Positions 1-9,124 of a stretch of 64,000 nucleotides of DNA are shown piece after piece (position 1 is the stretch's first letter; each line of letters opens with the position of its first letter). A program made the translations under genes and the position numbers. The notes under the pieces are model-generated. The model worked only from the letters and a program-made list of their open reading frames with translations, was not told the DNA's origin and ran no database searches. Source of the stretch: Tolypothrix carrinoi HA7290-LM1 (lineage in GTDB: Bacteria > Cyanobacteriota > Cyanobacteriia > Cyanobacteriales > Nostocaceae); the NCBI GenBank assembly GCA_019358935.1, contig JAHHIK010000007.1:53884-117883 (forward strand), given 5' to 3'.

Positions 1-3000
1 TCTTCTGCATGTTCCGGGCAAATTTGGAAGTTATCTGCATCAAGGCGCTTGAAGTCAATTGCAGGCTCTATCAGAATCGGGATTTCTTGGCGTTGTTTCA
101 GTTCTTCTGCTAGCTGTTGCCCGACTCCAGAACTGTCAGCAAAAATTAACCAAGTTCCTGGATTTTCAGGCTTATGGGGAACAGCTGATGAGGGCTGAAC
201 TTCTTGCCCAAGCTTTGGGCTAGTAGCCAGAATAACGGTGTGGAGAGACTTATCTGTTTCTGGTAGTGTATCTGCAATGCTAGCAACTTCCGCAAACCCG
301 ACATCTTTTAGCAAAGAACGCCACTGAGGCTCAGAAAGCAAAGGGTGCGATCGCCGCAGTTGGACATCAGTAAATAGCCACCAGCCGTTGAGCAATCCAA
401 ATACTAGATCCGCGAAGCGGTCAGTGGCTGTCAACTCCAGCAAAACCAGCAACCCGGAGGAAGCGAGAAGCTGTTTGACATTTTCTAGGGTCTGACGAAG
501 GTCACGGGTCGCGTGCAGTACGTCTGATGCCAGAATCAGATCAAATGAATGCGGCTGAAATCCTTGCGCGACTATATCCGCCTCAATATCCAGAATTTGG
601 TACTCAACAAAGGGATAATCGCGGAACTTTTGCTCGGCAGAGACTGTAAACTGTGGTGAAATGTCAGTAAATATATATTCTGTCCGACGTGGCGTCAGCT
701 TTGGAAGGACATAGGATGTCAGCGAACCTGTACCTGCGCCAATTTCTAAAATCCGTACCGTTCGCTCTTTTGGTAAACCTTCCAGCGCAATAACGATCGC
801 TTTTTCAACCAGCAGGTTATAGATCCGATAACTAGGTGAATCTTGGTACAGATGCTCAGATGTTGTCACAGAACCTTCCGGAAAAATGAGTTGCAGTGGC
901 TCGACTTCTCCTCGCAACACCTGACCCAACTTCTGACCGCACCGCCCTAACAACGTCAGTTCCGCTTGATAAGCGCTAAATTCCGCTAAAAGTGCTTTCC
1001 AAGTCTCAATAGGCTCCTTCATGGACGGTATGCGGCAAACTTCCCACTGGTCATCTACCCGACGCAGCACGCCTTCTTCAGCCAGGATTTCCAACAATCG
1101 ACCCAAAAGTTGTCGATGGTGAGACACTACGCCTAACTGTTCTGCAAGAGTTTCCGCGCTTATACGAGTCAGCAATTTCGGCTCCCATCCAAGTTGCTTG
1201 AAAGCTTTAAGAACGTAAGCAGCACATAAAGCATCAGTTTGTGGCTTTAACTGCTCGTAGAACTGCTTCCTTCCTAATTGCACGCTCAACCGAGTCGCTT
1301 CGGATTGGAGGTCAAAGGCGATTTGCATCGGGGAGGGCAGATAATCAGGGGTGGGGCGAACTAACTCTTGAGTGGGACGTGCCTTCATCTCCCATTGGTA
1401 TTCGTAGAGGTAATCCACTTTCTTTGAACTTTCCTGCTTGTTCTCCAAGGACTGGCAGACAAGTCCGAGAATTTCTACCAGTACGTTTCCGGCATCATCG
1501 AGCAGTTGAATATCTCCTTTGAGACGGGTGGCGGCGGTTTGCTCCATCAGGCGGGCGTAGCTCCACATTTGCAACCCTGGACGACCGTAAACTCTCACTT
1601 GTTCTATCTGTACTGGCAGGTAAGTCACTTTAACAGAGACAGTGGCGAGCGACACCTGAAAACAAGCATCAAGGATAGCCGGATGCAACTGGTATTCCCC
1701 GACTTCTGTCTGTAAAGCATTACTGATCTGAATTTGAGCCAGCGCTTCGCCTTCGCCGCTCCAAAGCTGCTCGATTCCTTGAAAACAAGGACCATATTCG
1801 AGTCCTATTTCCTGGAATTGCCGATATAGATCTATCTTAGAAATTTCGTTGGGACAACGGCGGCGAATTTCATCCAGCACAACCTGCTTAGAGACAAAGC
1901 TATTTTGATTACGGCTCAGCTTGCCAGTTGCGTGTCGAACCCACTCCGATTGGGCACCTTTAACATTGCTGTTAATCTCGAAGAATGTTTGGCTTAGCTC
2001 TATACTTAACTGAAGTGTTGACGCACTACTTTCTGGTAAGAAGAGAGCTTTTTGAAATTCAATTTCCTCTATAATATAAGCGCCATCTTTGAAAATTTCC
2101 GATGCTGCAGCCAAAGCCATTTCCACATAAGCTGCTCCCGGATAAACCACGGCTCCTTGGACGCGATGGTCATCAAGATAACTGAGGCGATGCTTGTCAA
2201 TCTCTGCATCCCAAATCGGTTGACTTGATTTCAGACGGCTTCCTAAAAGGGGGTGGACTTGTTGCCCCAACATTGAGCGCTGGGGGATTGTTCCAATCCG
2301 CACTCCCATAGATTCTTCAGACTCGTGCCAATAACGCTCTCGCTGCCAGGGATAAGAAGGCAAACGCACGAAACGCCCTTGCTGCGGATAGAGCTGATCC
2401 CAGTCAACCGGGTATCCCAAGGTGTAGAGCTTGCCAAATGACGAGAGCATCGTAGGGCGTTCCGGTTCTTTACGCCGCAGGGTTTGAAGCACTGTTCCAG
2501 ATATCTCAGCTAAAGCCAGACACTCAGAAATTGAATTGGCGAGAACTGGATGAGCGCTTATTTCGAGGAAGGTGTTATAACGAGCTTGAATCAGGGAAGC
2601 GATCGCCGCTGCAAAAAGCACTGGCTCCCTCATGTTCAGACCCCAGTAGGTACCATCCAACTCTGAACCGTCTACCTGCTTGCTAGTAACGGTAGAGAAC
2701 AGAGGAATTGTAGCCTTTTTAGGCTTGATTTTTTGCAGAGATTGTGCTAATTCTGCCTTTAATGGCTCCATGAAGGGGCTGTGATAAGGCACCTCAACTT
2801 GCAGGAACCGGCAGAAAATTTGTTTTTGTTCTAAAGATGTGACAATTTCTGACAAGGCGGCGCTATCCCCAGCCAGGGTGACGGCACTGGGGCTGTTAAC
2901 AGCTGCAATAGAAACGCAACTCTCGTATTTTAATCCTGCTAATACGCGCTGGGCTTCCTCTTGAGACAGCCCAACAGCTAGCATTTTCCCTTTGCCCGCA

Positions 3001-5060
3001 GCCGATGCTTGAACGCGGCTGCGGTGGAAAATGACCCGCACGGCATCTTCTAGACTCAGAACTCCGGCAACGTAGGCGGCTGCGACTTCACCGACGCTGT
3101 GACCCACGATTGCTTGGGGCGTAATGCCCCAGTCACACCACAAGGCGGCTAGAGCGATTTGCACGGCAAAGATGGAACACTGAGCGATTTGGGTAGAGTT
3201 GATGCGGCTCGTCTCTTCTGATGCTCTAAGTTCTGACAACAATGACCAATCAGCATATTGCCGCAGCAATTCGTCGCAGTGTTCGATTACCTCTCGGAAT
3301 ACGGGTTCGGATTCCAACAACTGACGTCCCATTGCCCACCACTGGGGTCCCATACCAGAGAAAACGAAAGCCAGTTTGGGTTCAAAACCTGGAGCTAGGG
3401 AACCCGAAGACATAGCTGGACGGTTTTCTCCCGCTAGAAATGCTTCTAGGTTTTCTACCAGTTCTTCTTTAGTATAAGCCACCAACGCCAACCGATAGTC
3501 GTGATGACCTCGGCGATTGCTAGCAGTGTAGCAGATGTCTGTCAATGAAACATCAGCGCCCTCTTCAAGAGCGGTTAAAAACTCATGGGTTGCTTTTGCA
3601 ACAGCGATAAGTGCCTCCGGACTCTTTGCTGATAGGGGTAATAGCACTGAAAGAGAACCGCGCTCTGAATCGGCTATATTCGTTACAGCATCCGTTGCTA
3701 ATCCTGATAAAAGCACATGGGCATTCGTTCCCCCAAATCCAAAGGAATTCACGCCAGCAATGCGCGGTCCATTTTCGTTTTCCCAAGGTTCAAGGGTAGT
3801 AGGCACGCGCAACCCCAATTCTTCAAAAGGAATTTTGGGATTCGGTGTTTGAAAATGTAGATTTGGCGGAATTTGGCAGTGCTTGAGAGCCAGCGCGACT
3901 TTGATGAGTCCAGCAATTCCCGATGCTGTTTCCAAATGTCCAATGTTGGTTTTTACTGAACCAACTGTACAGTAGTTTCCTGGAGTCCGATTTTTACTCA
4001 GTACGTTTCCCAGAGCGATCGCTTCTATCGGATCGCCCACGGGTGTGCCTGTGCCGTGAGCCTCAATATACTGTATTTGATGTGGCGATACCCCTGCCTG
4101 ACGGCAGGCTTCCTGGAGTGCTGCTTCTTGAGACTGTCCGTTAGGAACCGTGATGCCATTGGTTTGACCGTCCTGGTTGACTGCGCTGCTAAGAATCACG
4201 GCATAAATCGGGTCTCTATCTGCTTGCGCTTGAGATAAAGGCTTCAAAATAACAATACCGGCTCCCTCAGCGCGGACATAACCATTAGCTCGTGCATCAA
4301 AGGTAAAGCAACGCCCATCGGGAGAGAGCATTGATGCCTGAGAAAATCCTATGGTTGCTTCTGGTCTGAGTATCGCATTCACGCCTCCTGCTATTGCCAG
4401 CACAGACTCTCCATTCCAGATACTTTGACACGCAAGATGAACTGCAACCAGCGATGAAGAGCAGGCTGTGTCAACAGTCATACTTGGTCCTTTGAGGTCA
4501 AATACGTAGGAAATGCGGTTAGCTGTGATACAGTTAACGCCGCCCAAGTTTGTATAAGCGTTAATGGAGTCGCGATCACTCCCTTGGATGTTTTGGTAAT
4601 CGCTACCTGATATTCCAACAAACACCCCTGTCTTCGAGTCAGCAAGGCGTTCTGGCATCTGCCCCCCGTCCTCCAGCGCTTCCCAGGCTACCTCCAGCAT
4701 CAGTCGTTGCTGCGGGTCCATGCGAGATGCCTCTCGCGGAGAAATTCCGAAAAATTGGGCATCAAATTCGTCTATCTTATTTACAAAGCCGCCCCAGCGG
4801 GTTCGTATTTTGCCCGGTTTTGCTATATCCGGGTCGTAAAAATTATTTACGTTCCAGCGCGACTCTGGCACCTCGCTAATGGCATCCACGCCCGAAAGCA
4901 GCAGTTTCCAGAAAGCTTCTGGGCTGTTGACATTGCCTGGAAAGCGGCAGCCCATACCGATAATGGCTATGGATTCTTTTTCTCTACCACTGCCCCCACC
5001 TTCAAAGTACGTGGTTTCTTTTAAAGTTTGCTGCTTAAGATATGGCACATCCTGAGTCAT
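1..5060 (-). CDS. Type I polyketide synthase, 5' part (KS-AT-DH-C-methyltransferase, continuing toward a probable KR beyond the window edge)
   Basis: Manual translation from ATG at 5060: MTQDVPY...IAIIGMGCRFPG (KS start), DTACSSSLVAVH (KS Cys, ~4440-4475), GHSVGEVAAA (AT Ser, ~3080-3107), HPLLG and DHRVQGAVVYPGAAY (DH), HPAILDACFQ, ILEIGAGTGS (SAM-binding cMT, ~720-755). It is absent from the ORF track, consistent with no stop codon before position 1. Confidence 0.93.
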   Translation of the reverse strand, partial: MTQDVPYLKQQTLKETTYFEGGGSGREKESIAIIGMGCRFPGNVNSPEAFWKLLLSGVDAISEVPESRWNVNNFYDPDIAKPGKIRTRWGGFVNKIDEFDAQFFGISPREASRMDPQQRLMLEVAWEALEDGGQMPERLADSKTGVFVGISGSDYQNIQGSDRDSINAYTNLGGVNCITANRISYVFDLKGPSMTVDTACSSSLVAVHLACQSIWNGESVLAIAGGVNAILRPEATIGFSQASMLSPDGRCFTFDARANGYVRAEGAGIVILKPLSQAQADRDPIYAVILSSAVNQDGQTNGITVPNGQSQEAALQEACRQAGVSPHQIQYIEAHGTGTPVGDPIEAIALGNVLSKNRTPGNYCTVGSVKTNIGHLETASGIAGLIKVALALKHCQIPPNLHFQTPNPKIPFEELGLRVPTTLEPWENENGPRIAGVNSFGFGGTNAHVLLSGLATDAVTNIADSERGSLSVLLPLSAKSPEALIAVAKATHEFLTALEEGADVSLTDICYTASNRRGHHDYRLALVAYTKEELVENLEAFLAGENRPAMSSGSLAPGFEPKLAFVFSGMGPQWWAMGRQLLESEPVFREVIEHCDELLRQYADWSLLSELRASEETSRINSTQIAQCSIFAVQIALAALWCDWGITPQAIVGHSVGEVAAAYVAGVLSLEDAVRVIFHRSRVQASAAGKGKMLAVGLSQEEAQRVLAGLKYESCVSIAAVNSPSAVTLAGDSAALSEIVTSLEQKQIFCRFLQVEVPYHSPFMEPLKAELAQSLQKIKPKKATIPLFSTVTSKQVDGSELDGTYWGLNMREPVLFAAAIASLIQARYNTFLEISAHPVLANSISECLALAEISGTVLQTLRRKEPERPTMLSSFGKLYTLGYPVDWDQLYPQQGRFVRLPSYPWQRERYWHESEESMGVRIGTIPQRSMLGQQVHPLLGSRLKSSQPIWDAEIDKHRLSYLDDHRVQGAVVYPGAAYVEMALAAASEIFKDGAYIIEEIEFQKALFLPESSASTLQLSIELSQTFFEINSNVKGAQSEWVRHATGKLSRNQNSFVSKQVVLDEIRRRCPNEISKIDLYRQFQEIGLEYGPCFQGIEQLWSGEGEALAQIQISNALQTEVGEYQLHPAILDACFQVSLATVSVKVTYLPVQIEQVRVYGRPGLQMWSYARLMEQTAATRLKGDIQLLDDAGNVLVEILGLVCQSLENKQESSKKVDYLYEYQWEMKARPTQELVRPTPDYLPSPMQIAFDLQSEATRLSVQLGRKQFYEQLKPQTDALCAAYVLKAFKQLGWEPKLLTRISAETLAEQLGVVSHHRQLLGRLLEILAEEGVLRRVDDQWEVCRIPSMKEPIETWKALLAEFSAYQAELTLLGRCGQKLGQVLRGEVEPLQLIFPEGSVTTSEHLYQDSPSYRIYNLLVEKAIVIALEGLPKERTVRILEIGAGTGSLTSYVLPKLTPRRTEYIFTDISPQFTVSAEQKFRDYPFVEYQILDIEADIVAQGFQPHSFDLILASDVLHATRDLRQTLENVKQLLASSGLLVLLELTATDRFADLVFGLLNGWWLFTDVQLRRSHPLLSEPQWRSLLKDVGFAEVASIADTLPETDKSLHTVILATSPKLGQEVQPSSAVPHKPENPGTWLIFADSSGVGQQLAEELKQRQEIPILIEPAIDFKRLDADNFQICPEHAE

Positions 5061-5125
5061 GACGGATTTATTCTTGAAGGGTTACTTTTATTCTTACTGT
5101 GGTGAGCATCCATAGGAGTTGATTT

Positions 5126-5171
5126 ATGCTTCCGGTAGTGAAGTCATAATACGATTCAGTACCGGAAGCAT
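5126..5171. promoter_or_regulatory. Stem-loop in the PKS leader region (terminator-like on + strand)
   Basis: Perfect 12-bp stem ATGCTTCCGGTA/TACCGGAAGCAT, extended by TGAA/TTCA, followed by a T-run on the + strand; ~65 bp upstream of the PKS ATG. Confidence 0.45.
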
Positions 5172-6185
5172 TTTTTCATACTTCTGATGATAATACAACA
5201 TCTATTGAGCTAAATGATGACGTAATCTCGTATTAGTAGAGATTTTGTGTAAAAAAAGTTTGTGCCAATAGAGATAATCATATCCACCGCTTGGGTGGCG
5301 ATTAACTCCTCTCGAATCTCCTTTTCCCCATGTCCCGCATCCGATGCAGAACTCGCCATCACAAACCCGGCTCTACCTCGCTCATTTAAATAACTGTAAA
5401 AATACTGTACTGGAGTTTAGACTAACGCTCTTTTATTACTAAACTTAAAGTATAATTAATTACTAACAGCTTAACCTACCAGGAGTGTTTGATTGGGTTC
5501 AAGAACAGCTACCTCCACCATCACCGTGGTGAAATTAAAGACGATCATGTTAAATTGTGGCAGATGGGAGGATTAGATGAACTACTAGAGCGGGGTTGTC
5601 AACAGGTGCGAGGTTATCTAGTTAATCTTGATGAGAATCACAGCGATCGCCATCTTTGTGATAGCATCAGCAATTCTCAGAGATGATATTGTATTACTCA
5701 CGTTCGCGTCACTACCTTTGACTAAAAGCCATTATCGGCATTTAGAAAAGTCTTCAAGCACAAATTTAGCTAATGGTACGGTGACCTTATGTTCTTAAGA
5801 AAAAAATAATAAATTTAATCCTGGCAATCAAAAAAAGCACTGTAGCATAAGCAACAAAGGAGCTAATCATGTTACCTTCACTGCGCGGTATTGGCAATCT
5901 CTTCAATCATCCTCAGAGCAAATTATCTCAATCGTTGCTTGCTTTCGGCTCTCTTTGCTACTCGACATTTGTCAAGTACGCATTCGTGGATGGCGTATAG
6001 ATATGGGAGTGCAGTAGTTGGCTGCTGCGGTGCTTAGTGCGACTCTAATTCTTCCATTTGTTGCTTTTTCGCTTCGTTTCTGCTCTCAGACTAACTATTC
6101 CCCCAGAACAGCCTCCAATTGGGCGATCGCTTAAGAGTGAATCGGTGCAACCTGTTCTTGAATGGGCGCTAACTGTGCAGCTATC

Positions 6186-6297
6186 TTGACAATAACGTTA
6201 TTGGCAGAGTCTGGTTCCTCTGACTCAGTTTTGACAATAACGTTATTGGCAGAGTCTGGTTTCACCGTTTCACCTTTGACCATTACGTTATTAGCTA
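6186..6297. repeat. Three parS-like palindromes upstream of parA (45-bp period)
   Basis: TTGACAATAACGTTATTGGCA at 6186 and 6231; degenerate TTGACCATTACGTTATTAGCTA at 6276. Same core as the repeats inside parB. Confidence 0.75.
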
Positions 6298-6775
6298 CTT
6301 TGGCATCAACGAGCGAGAAGGCGTTTTAATGTAGCTCAAGATTTGGAGTGCCTGTGCCGGCAAATTTTACTCTAACTGTTTAAGTTTCTCATCAATTCTT
6401 CGCACACTTGACGCGAGTCGGCACACCCTATCACTAGACGCATCAGTTATAGACTACAAAGCGCCTGTTCTTACCAAAGACAATTGCTCGTGACCCGACA
6501 TCTTCACATACAGCTAGCAGCTTTACACTTGAGAAGAAATAATAATACTTCCTACGGAATTTTCCGCGCATTACTATCAGCAAGACGCGTGGAGTGCAAG
6601 CGATCGCTCGCAGTGCTCAAATTGGTAATAAGCGGTACTAAAGAAGCGATCGCGCTTCTTGACTCTGCGGTCAATCGTAAGAACGTCATCAAGTCTTTTT
6701 ATGAGACAAACACAATTTAACAGCACTAATTGAGTTATCTTACCTCTATATGGGGCAGAGCCAATCAACTCACTT

Positions 6776-7531
6776 ATGAGCCGAATTATTGCAATATTTA
6801 ATCAAGCGGGTGGTGTCGCCAAGTCAACTCTTACCCAAAACTTGGGCTATCATTTAGCACAACTCAAGCATCGTGTCCTCCTCATCGACATGGACCCTCA
6901 AGGCTCCTTAACAATCTTTATGGGTTTGGTTCCTAGAGTTTTAAGCAAAACTGTCTATGATGCCATAGTCGAAGAACAACCCCTGTCGATTCATCAGGGA
7001 ATTCACGGCATGGACTTAGCCCCCACCAACACCACCCTTAGTACAGCGGAAATGCTATTGGTCAATGCCGAACTGCGCGACTTCCGTCTCAAAGAAGCTA
7101 TTGAGCCAATCCAGGACGATTACGACTTCATCTTAATAGACTGCCCTCCCAGTCTAGGACTGCTAAGTTACATTTCTCTTGTAGCTGCTACTCATGTCCT
7201 TGTCCCCATCGAAACTCATTTCAAAGCTTTTGAAGGAACAAACGAACTCCTGAAAACCGTCGCCAGGATTCGCACCAAAGTCAACCGTCATCTTGAGATA
7301 GCTGGGTTTGTTCCCACCAAATACGATTCCCGTAATTCCCAGGACACTCGCACCTTGGGAGCAATTACTGAACAACTCTCTCAGATGGGAAAAGTCTTTC
7401 CCCCCATTCCTCGTTCCACTACCTTCGTTGATGCAACAGAAGACCGAATGCCCCTAGCCGTGTATGAGCCAAAGCATCCAGCTGTTGCTGTCCTTAAACA
7501 GTTAGCTAGCAGCATGGAGTCCTTAAAATGA
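6776..7531 (+). CDS. parA: ParA family plasmid partition ATPase
   Basis: 251 aa; NQAGGVAKST Walker A variant, LLIDMDPQG, ILIDCPPSLG; overlaps the parB start (ATGA). Confidence 0.95.
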   Translation: MSRIIAIFNQAGGVAKSTLTQNLGYHLAQLKHRVLLIDMDPQGSLTIFMGLVPRVLSKTVYDAIVEEQPLSIHQGIHGMDLAPTNTTLSTAEMLLVNAELRDFRLKEAIEPIQDDYDFILIDCPPSLGLLSYISLVAATHVLVPIETHFKAFEGTNELLKTVARIRTKVNRHLEIAGFVPTKYDSRNSQDTRTLGAITEQLSQMGKVFPPIPRSTTFVDATEDRMPLAVYEPKHPAVAVLKQLASSMESLK

Positions 7532-8874
7532 TCCGCAAACGCAACCAACCTCTCAAAAGTCAAATTGAAGTGCCTTGGGACCCCAGAAGCGATTTATCTC
7601 CCAACGCTGCCGCCGAGTCCACCCAGAACGTGCCATTAGAGCAGATACGTCTCCCCCAACAGCAACCCCGGCGTTACTTTGACCCTCAAGCTCTAAACGA
7701 GTTAATCGACTCAGTCAAACAGCATGGCATCCTGCAACCCTTATTAGTGCGCCCCATTGATGAGGGTCAATACGAATTAGTGGCAGGGGAACGACGCTAC
7801 CGCGCCGCAAAAGATTGTGGACTTGAAAAAGTTCCCGTCGTTGTCCGCGAGTTGAGTAACGAAGATGCTTTCCAACTCGCACTAATAGAAAACTTGCTTC
7901 GAGAAGACCTCAACCCAGTGGAGTCAACTGAAGGCATCCTACAACTGTTGGCAGTCAGGTTAAAGCGCAATGTTGAGTCAGTTCCAACCTTACTGCATCG
8001 CCTACAACGCGAATACAAAGAAGCCGCCAAAGTTGCCAATAACGTTATTGGCAACTTTGGCGCATCGGATCTAGACACTGCCAATAACGTTATTGGCAAA
8101 AGTGAAGCGGATGATGAACCGGAATCTGCCAATAACGTTATTGGCAAAACTTCAGTATCGGATCAAGACACTGCCAATAACGTTATTGGCAAAACTTCAG
8201 TATCGGATCAAGACACTGCCAATAACGTTATTGGCAAAAGTGAAGCGGAGGAATCAGGCGCTGCCAATAACGTTACTGTCAAAAATGAATCTGATGAGGG
8301 GGAATCTGCCAATAATGTTATTGGCAAAAGTGAAGCAGATCCAGACGCTGCCAATAACGTTATTGTCAAAAATTCAGCATCGGCTCAAGACTCTGCCAAT
8401 AACGTTATTGGCAAAACTGAGTCGGATGGTTCATCACCATCCCCCAACCCGAATTTAAGTGCCAATCCAGACCTGAAGATTATTGAAGAAGTATTTATCG
8501 GCTTGGGGACAATGACCTGGGAGTCCTTTGTCAATAATCGTCTGCCCCTACTAAACCTCCCAGAAGACATCCTCAATGTGCTGCGCTCTGGACAAATTGC
8601 CTACACCAAAGCCAAAGTTATTGCCCAAATCAAAGAGGACTCAACACGGCAAACCGTTTTAGAAAAAGCCGTTGCCAATAGCTGGTCACTATCACAAATT
8701 AAAGAACACATCCAAACCCTATCACCCACTACGCCACCACCAACGCCTCTCAAGTCTCGTCTGGATGCCACAATCCGTCAGGTGAAGAAAGCCCGGATTT
8801 GGGATGACCCCAACAAGCAAACTCGTCTATCAACACTTCTAGCAGAACTGGAAACCCTCCTGGCTGAGGATTAA
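7528..8874 (+). CDS. parB: ParB/Spo0J family partition protein with an internal 9x ANNVIGK repeat insertion
   Basis: QPRRYFD, GILQPLLVR, GERRYRAA (CTP-binding Arg patch), ENLLREDLNPVE; ~130 aa repeat region before ESFVNNRLPLLNLP. Confidence 0.93.
   Translation: MIRKRNQPLKSQIEVPWDPRSDLSPNAAAESTQNVPLEQIRLPQQQPRRYFDPQALNELIDSVKQHGILQPLLVRPIDEGQYELVAGERRYRAAKDCGLEKVPVVVRELSNEDAFQLALIENLLREDLNPVESTEGILQLLAVRLKRNVESVPTLLHRLQREYKEAAKVANNVIGNFGASDLDTANNVIGKSEADDEPESANNVIGKTSVSDQDTANNVIGKTSVSDQDTANNVIGKSEAEESGAANNVTVKNESDEGESANNVIGKSEADPDAANNVIVKNSASAQDSANNVIGKTESDGSSPSPNPNLSANPDLKIIEEVFIGLGTMTWESFVNNRLPLLNLPEDILNVLRSGQIAYTKAKVIAQIKEDSTRQTVLEKAVANSWSLSQIKEHIQTLSPTTPPPTPLKSRLDATIRQVKKARIWDDPNKQTRLSTLLAELETLLAED
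8025..8412. repeat. Array of nine 18-bp palindromes GCCAATAACGTTATTGGC inside parB (candidate parS)
   Basis: Cores start at 8035, 8080, 8128, 8173, 8218, 8263, 8308, 8350 and 8395. Spacings are 45,48,45,45,45,45,42,45, all multiples of 3. Six copies are perfect and three have 1-2 mismatches. Confidence 0.85.
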
Positions 8875-9064
8875 ACGCCACTAAAAACAACACCCATAAT
8901 CCGTAAAACCTTTGCCCTGACTGCATTGGAGAGTGTATAACCAACTACGAACCTGGCTGAACTGGAAACCCTTCTCACTCTCGATTAAACGCCACTAAAA
9001 CCTACGCCTATAATCAGTAAAACCCTTATCATTACTGCATTATAGAATGTATAACAAACCACAA
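8843..9064 (+). repeat. Imperfect ~114-bp tandem duplication of the parB 3' end and downstream DNA
   Basis: GAACTGGAAACCCT...GATTAAACGCCACTAAAA...GTAAAACC...ACTGCATT...TGTATAAC begins at 8845 and again at 8959. Confidence 0.8.
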
Positions 9065-9124
9065 AAGCAAAATTAATAAACTACACTAGCATTTAAATCC
9101 TTTGTTGATCGCCCTTTCCTGACA

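Noticed and set aside
1241..5024. Short ORFs overlapping the PKS, and similar antisense ORFs over other long genes
   Set aside because: These are shadow ORFs of well-supported genes on the other strand or frame.
5300..6170. Possible gene remnants between the PKS and parA
   Set aside because: Only short ORFs with no recognisable family motifs.
8035..8412. CRISPR array interpretation of the regularly spaced palindromes
   Set aside because: The repeats are only ~18-22 bp, the spacers are related or identical to each other, spacing preserves the parB frame, and no cas genes are present in the window.
7797..8576. Overlapping ORFs with LPITLLA repeats (7797-8147 -, 8093-8458 +, 8385-8576 -) and 14181-14396
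   Set aside because: These are alternative-frame readings of the palindrome, with no independent evidence of being genes.
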